From Candidatus Nomurabacteria bacterium (GTDB taxonomy: Bacteria; Patescibacteriota; Minisyncoccia; Phycocordibacterales; CAIZLB01), in contig CALRFG010000001.1 of assembly GCA_943356525.1 (NCBI GenBank), forward strand, positions 141,919-174,515: 32,597 bases of DNA, given 5' to 3'. A program made the position numbers and the translations under genes. Of this stretch, positions 28,810-32,597 are shown in pieces; within the stretch, counting starts at the first letter, position 1, and the number at the start of each line of letters is the position of its first letter. The notes beneath the pieces were generated by a model. The model made no database searches and was not told the origin of the DNA. It worked only from the letters and a program-made list of their open reading frames with translations.

Positions 28810-28839
28810 TCCAACCTGGTTGAATTCGACCAGGTTAAT
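28810..28839. repeat. Palindromic unit E
   Basis: TCCAACCTGGTTGAATTCGACCAGGTTAAT; 24-bp core with one T.G position; would encode SNLVEFDQVN. Confidence 0.85.
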
Positions 28840-28848
28840 AACCTCAAT

Positions 28849-28877
28849 TTGCCTTTTACCTCAAAAAAAGATATATT
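28849..28877 (+). promoter_or_regulatory. Promoter for tRNA-Tyr/rpmG
   Basis: TTGCCT-N17-TATATT, ending 8 nt before the tRNA 5' end. Confidence 0.55.
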
Positions 28878-28885
28878 GTAGCTAC

Positions 28886-28971
28886 GCGCAGATGGCGGAG
28901 TGGTCAATCGCATCTGACTGTAAATCAGACGTCTTCGGGCTACGTAGGTTCAAATCCTACTCTGCGCACCA
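28886..28971 (+). tRNA. tRNA-Tyr(GUA), CCA encoded
   Basis: GCGCAGA/TCTGCGC acceptor, TCTGA-CT-GTA-AA-TCAGA, long variable arm with TTCG loop, GGTTCAAATCC, ACCA. Confidence 0.97.
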
Positions 28972-29015
28972 ATATAATAGACACATTATATTTATAAAAT
29001 AAATTTTAAAAAAAT

Positions 29016-29180
29016 ATGCCACAAAAGAAAATAGTTAAATTAAGACATAAAAAATCAGGACAAGTTATAATCATGAGAAAATCTGGTAAACCAGGTTCTT
29101 CAACTATGCCAAAATTGAAACTGAAAAAATATAATAAAGTTACAAGAAAGAGAGAAGTTTTTGAAGAAGCGAAGAGATAA
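29016..29180 (+). CDS. rpmG: 50S ribosomal protein bL33 (divergent, Cys-free)
   Basis: MPQKKIVKLRHKKSGQVIIMRKSGKPGSSTMPKLKLKKYNKVTRKREVFEEAKR*; KL.LKKY...RK...F.E motif; conserved position before tRNA-Trp. Below the ORF-track cutoff. Confidence 0.9.
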   Translation: MPQKKIVKLRHKKSGQVIIMRKSGKPGSSTMPKLKLKKYNKVTRKREVFEEAKR

Positions 29181-29195
29181 TCCTCTTAATAAAAT

Positions 29196-29216
29196 GGTCC
29201 CGAAAGGGTCTTTTTT
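29196..29216 (+). terminator. Weak intrinsic terminator after rpmG
   Basis: GGTCCC-GAAA-GGGTC followed by T6; one mismatch in the stem. Confidence 0.5.
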
Positions 29217-29249
29217 AATTTACAAGATCCATGCTAGTATATGTCACAA

Positions 29250-29324
29250 GGGTCCATAGTTTCAATGGTAAAACATCGCACTCCAAACGCGAGGTTCTAG
29301 GTTCGAGTCCTAGTGGGCCCGCCA
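29250..29324 (+). tRNA. tRNA-Trp(CCA), CCA end encoded
   Basis: GGGTCCA/TGGGCCC acceptor, G73, TCGCA-CT-CCA-AA-CGCGA, GGTTCGAGTCC. Confidence 0.96.
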
Positions 29325-29392
29325 AAATAACGAGCATAGCGATTATATTTTTCCAGGGTGCCGAACGAATGTTCGGCCGAGCAAAACATTTG

Positions 29393-29401
29393 TGTTATAA
29401 T
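29393..29401 (+). promoter_or_regulatory. Extended -10 promoter for pilD (leaderless candidate)
   Basis: TGTTATAAT ending 7 nt before the ATG at 29409. Confidence 0.6.
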
Positions 29402-29408
29402 ACACCCC

Positions 29409-30350
29409 ATGACATCACTTACACTCATCATATCATTTATCTTCGGGACCATTATCGGTAGTTTTCTTAACGTAATCATTTACCGTATAAACACAAACTT
29501 AAGCATCAGTCGTGGACGGTCAAAATGTTTTTCTTGTAACCGAGGATTAGAACCCAAAGACCTTGTCCCGGTATTTTCATACCTATTTTTCAAAGGACGT
29601 TGTCGAACATGTAAATCTAAGATCTCTATGCAATACCCTCTAGTTGAGGTATTAACGGGTGTAATGTTCACCCTAATAACATATTTTTATTTCTTTGACG
29701 GAGCTGTTTTTATAGGAAATAATATATTTAATGGTGGTTTAGTTTTACAAGGATTAACTCAAACTCCTTTTATAAAATACCTTTTCTACGCTTTTGACTT
29801 GACTACGTTATCTATACTTATAGCAATATTTGTCTATGATTTTAAACATAAAATTATTCCTGACAAACTAGTATATACAGGTGCTTTGATAATGTTTGTT
29901 AAAGCTGTTATAGGTATATTTATTTTTAAATTAACTGACCTAGAAGCTGCATTAATCTTGTTAGCTGGACCATTAGTTGCATTACCGTTTGCTTTATTTT
30001 GGTTAGTATCAGGTGGACGATGGATGGGGTTAGGAGATGCTAAACTTGCACTTATCGTTGGTTGGGGATTGGGTATATCTTATGGATTTACAGCGCTGAT
30101 GTATTCTTTTTGGATTGGAACTATTGTTATTATTGGATTGAGTTTAGTCAGGGAAATGTTGCAAGCTTTTTCTACACGTAACAATGCATTGGGTTTAAGG
30201 ATAAAATTTTTACAAAACCAGAAAATGAAATACTTTACTAGTAAAATACCGTCTTATAAACTTAGATCTGAGATACCTTTTGGACCGTTTATTATAGTCG
30301 CATTTTACATGATATATTTTGTAGGTAGAAATCTTTTGTGGTGGTTATAG
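29409..30350 (+). CDS. pilD: Prepilin peptidase (A24A family)
   Basis: GSFLNVIIYR, RSKCFSC, GRCRTC, YPLVE, VYDFK, MGLGDAKL and IPFGPF motifs; start refined from the GTG at 29358 to ATG 29409. Confidence 0.96.
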   Translation: MTSLTLIISFIFGTIIGSFLNVIIYRINTNLSISRGRSKCFSCNRGLEPKDLVPVFSYLFFKGRCRTCKSKISMQYPLVEVLTGVMFTLITYFYFFDGAVFIGNNIFNGGLVLQGLTQTPFIKYLFYAFDLTTLSILIAIFVYDFKHKIIPDKLVYTGALIMFVKAVIGIFIFKLTDLEAALILLAGPLVALPFALFWLVSGGRWMGLGDAKLALIVGWGLGISYGFTALMYSFWIGTIVIIGLSLVREMLQAFSTRNNALGLRIKFLQNQKMKYFTSKIPSYKLRSEIPFGPFIIVAFYMIYFVGRNLLWWL

Positions 30351-30424
30351 CCGATCATTTTACTCGTATTTTTATTGACTTTTTCAGAATTATCAACATA
30401 TTGTAATAGCCTTTGATGTAAAGC

Positions 30425-30452
30425 TTGACTTTGTTTTCGTTTCGAGTATAAT
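30425..30452 (+). promoter_or_regulatory. rRNA operon promoter
   Basis: TTGACT-N16-TATAAT; a second TTGACT at 30375-30380 may mark a tandem upstream promoter. Confidence 0.8.
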
Positions 30453-30614
30453 AGACACCCATACGGTATAGAAATAATACTCTTAAAAGCTAGAAGCATT
30501 TAAGAAAAATTTCTAAGACAAATACCTTGAAAATTAAATAGAATACATACATCATAATATGCATCATAGATTTTATATGATGCAAGAACATTGTACTGAT
30601 TTTGTACAATGAGC

Positions 30615-30675
30615 AAGAATTTATATTATTAATTTAATTTAAATCAAATCCTTTCTTTTGTTCTGTTTGAGTTTT

Positions 30676-30676
<1 letters not shown>
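30615..30676 (+). other. 5' arm of the 16S precursor processing stem
   Basis: AATCAAATCCTTTCTTTTGTTCTGTTTGAGTTTTT and upstream AT-rich bases are complementary to 32357-32414. Confidence 0.85.
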
Positions 30677-32205
<1,529 letters not shown>

Positions 32206-32356
32206 GAAAACTGTCTATGTCACCTGATTTATCAGGTTGCATCAGATTTATAACGGTCGTTACTGATTTTTTAAGCAATTAAAACTTCAACAGTTCTTAT
32301 ATGCTGTCGTTCATATAAGCGAAGAAATTCGTAAAATTTTGACACTTTGGAAAGAC

Positions 32357-32414
32357 AGAGACTTAAACAGAACAAAAGAAATTGTTTGATTAAGTTAAGT
32401 TAATAATAATTCTT
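32357..32414 (+). other. 3' arm of the 16S precursor processing stem
   Basis: AGAGACTTAAACAGAACAAAAGAAATTGTTTGATTAAGTTAAGTTAATAATAATTCTT pairs with 30615-30676 (G.U allowed). Confidence 0.85.
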
Positions 32415-32523
32415 CTAATATTATGATGTCGTGATTTGTTAAATAAACTAAAATATGTATAATAGTTATACGTAGTATTTTTTCTTATGGGAAAATAACT
32501 ACACATAGTGTGTTATAACACAT

Positions 32524-32597
32524 GCGCGCGTAGCTCAGTTGGTAGAGCGCTCGACTGATACTCGAAAGGTCCTTGGTTCAAATCCAAGCGCGCGCAC
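32524..32597 (+). tRNA. tRNA-Ile(GAU) in the rRNA spacer (3' end at window edge)
   Basis: GCGCGCG/CGCGCGC acceptor, TAGCTCAGTTGGTAGAGC, TCGA-CT-GAT-AC-TCGA, GGTTCAAATCC, A73. Confidence 0.94.

Noticed and set aside
28771-28836. Palindromes D and E as simple rho-independent terminators
   Set aside because: No proper U-tract and almost no loop, and they share the GAAWTC-centred 30-bp frame with the in-gene copy. Incidental termination is not excluded.
29331-29383. GCCGAAC-GAAT-GTTCGGC hairpin flanked by CGAGCA direct repeats after tRNA-Trp, as a miniature mobile element
   Set aside because: Single copy in the window, short repeats could be chance, and it is more simply a tRNA trailer hairpin.
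28820-29479. ORFs 28820-29002, 29231-29461 and 29297-29479
   Set aside because: They overlap tRNA-Tyr, tRNA-Trp and pilD, and have no protein features.
168-30350. Genetic code 25 or 4 (UGA reassigned)
   Set aside because: All conserved genes are full length under code 11 with no in-frame TGA.

Overview
AT-rich chromosomal segment of a Patescibacteria/CPR bacterium, most likely Parcubacteria (OD1), judged from 16S signatures, the absence of uL30 from the spc operon and the pilin and VirB4/VirD4-like genes; standard genetic code 11. Contents in order: S10-spc ribosomal protein cluster (3' end of rplW to secY-adk-map, lacking rpmC and rpmD); a small antisense membrane ORF; a VirB4/VirD4/HerA-like ATPase followed by two large surface proteins; engB with tRNA-Leu and tRNA-Cys; a type IV pilin pair; rbfA-infB; iscS-thrS-nadK; clpB; a KilA-N module; tRNA-Tyr, rpmG, tRNA-Trp, pilD; and the start of an rRNA operon (16S, tRNA-Ile). 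Four observations stand out. (1) The KilA-N gene carries a perfect 32-bp palindrome encoding FNYGEFAIVK, and four non-coding palindromic variants of the same 30-bp unit flank the module, resembling a cassette library or self-operator array. (2) The 16S rRNA has no anti-Shine-Dalgarno sequence and is followed by a structured ~150-nt trailer, while many genes look leaderless or carry an AAATATATG start context. (3) The ClpB has a full middle domain plus a ClpP-docking IGF loop. (4) engB starts 4 nt after tRNA-Leu. All calls were made by eye from motifs; no searches or folding programs were run.
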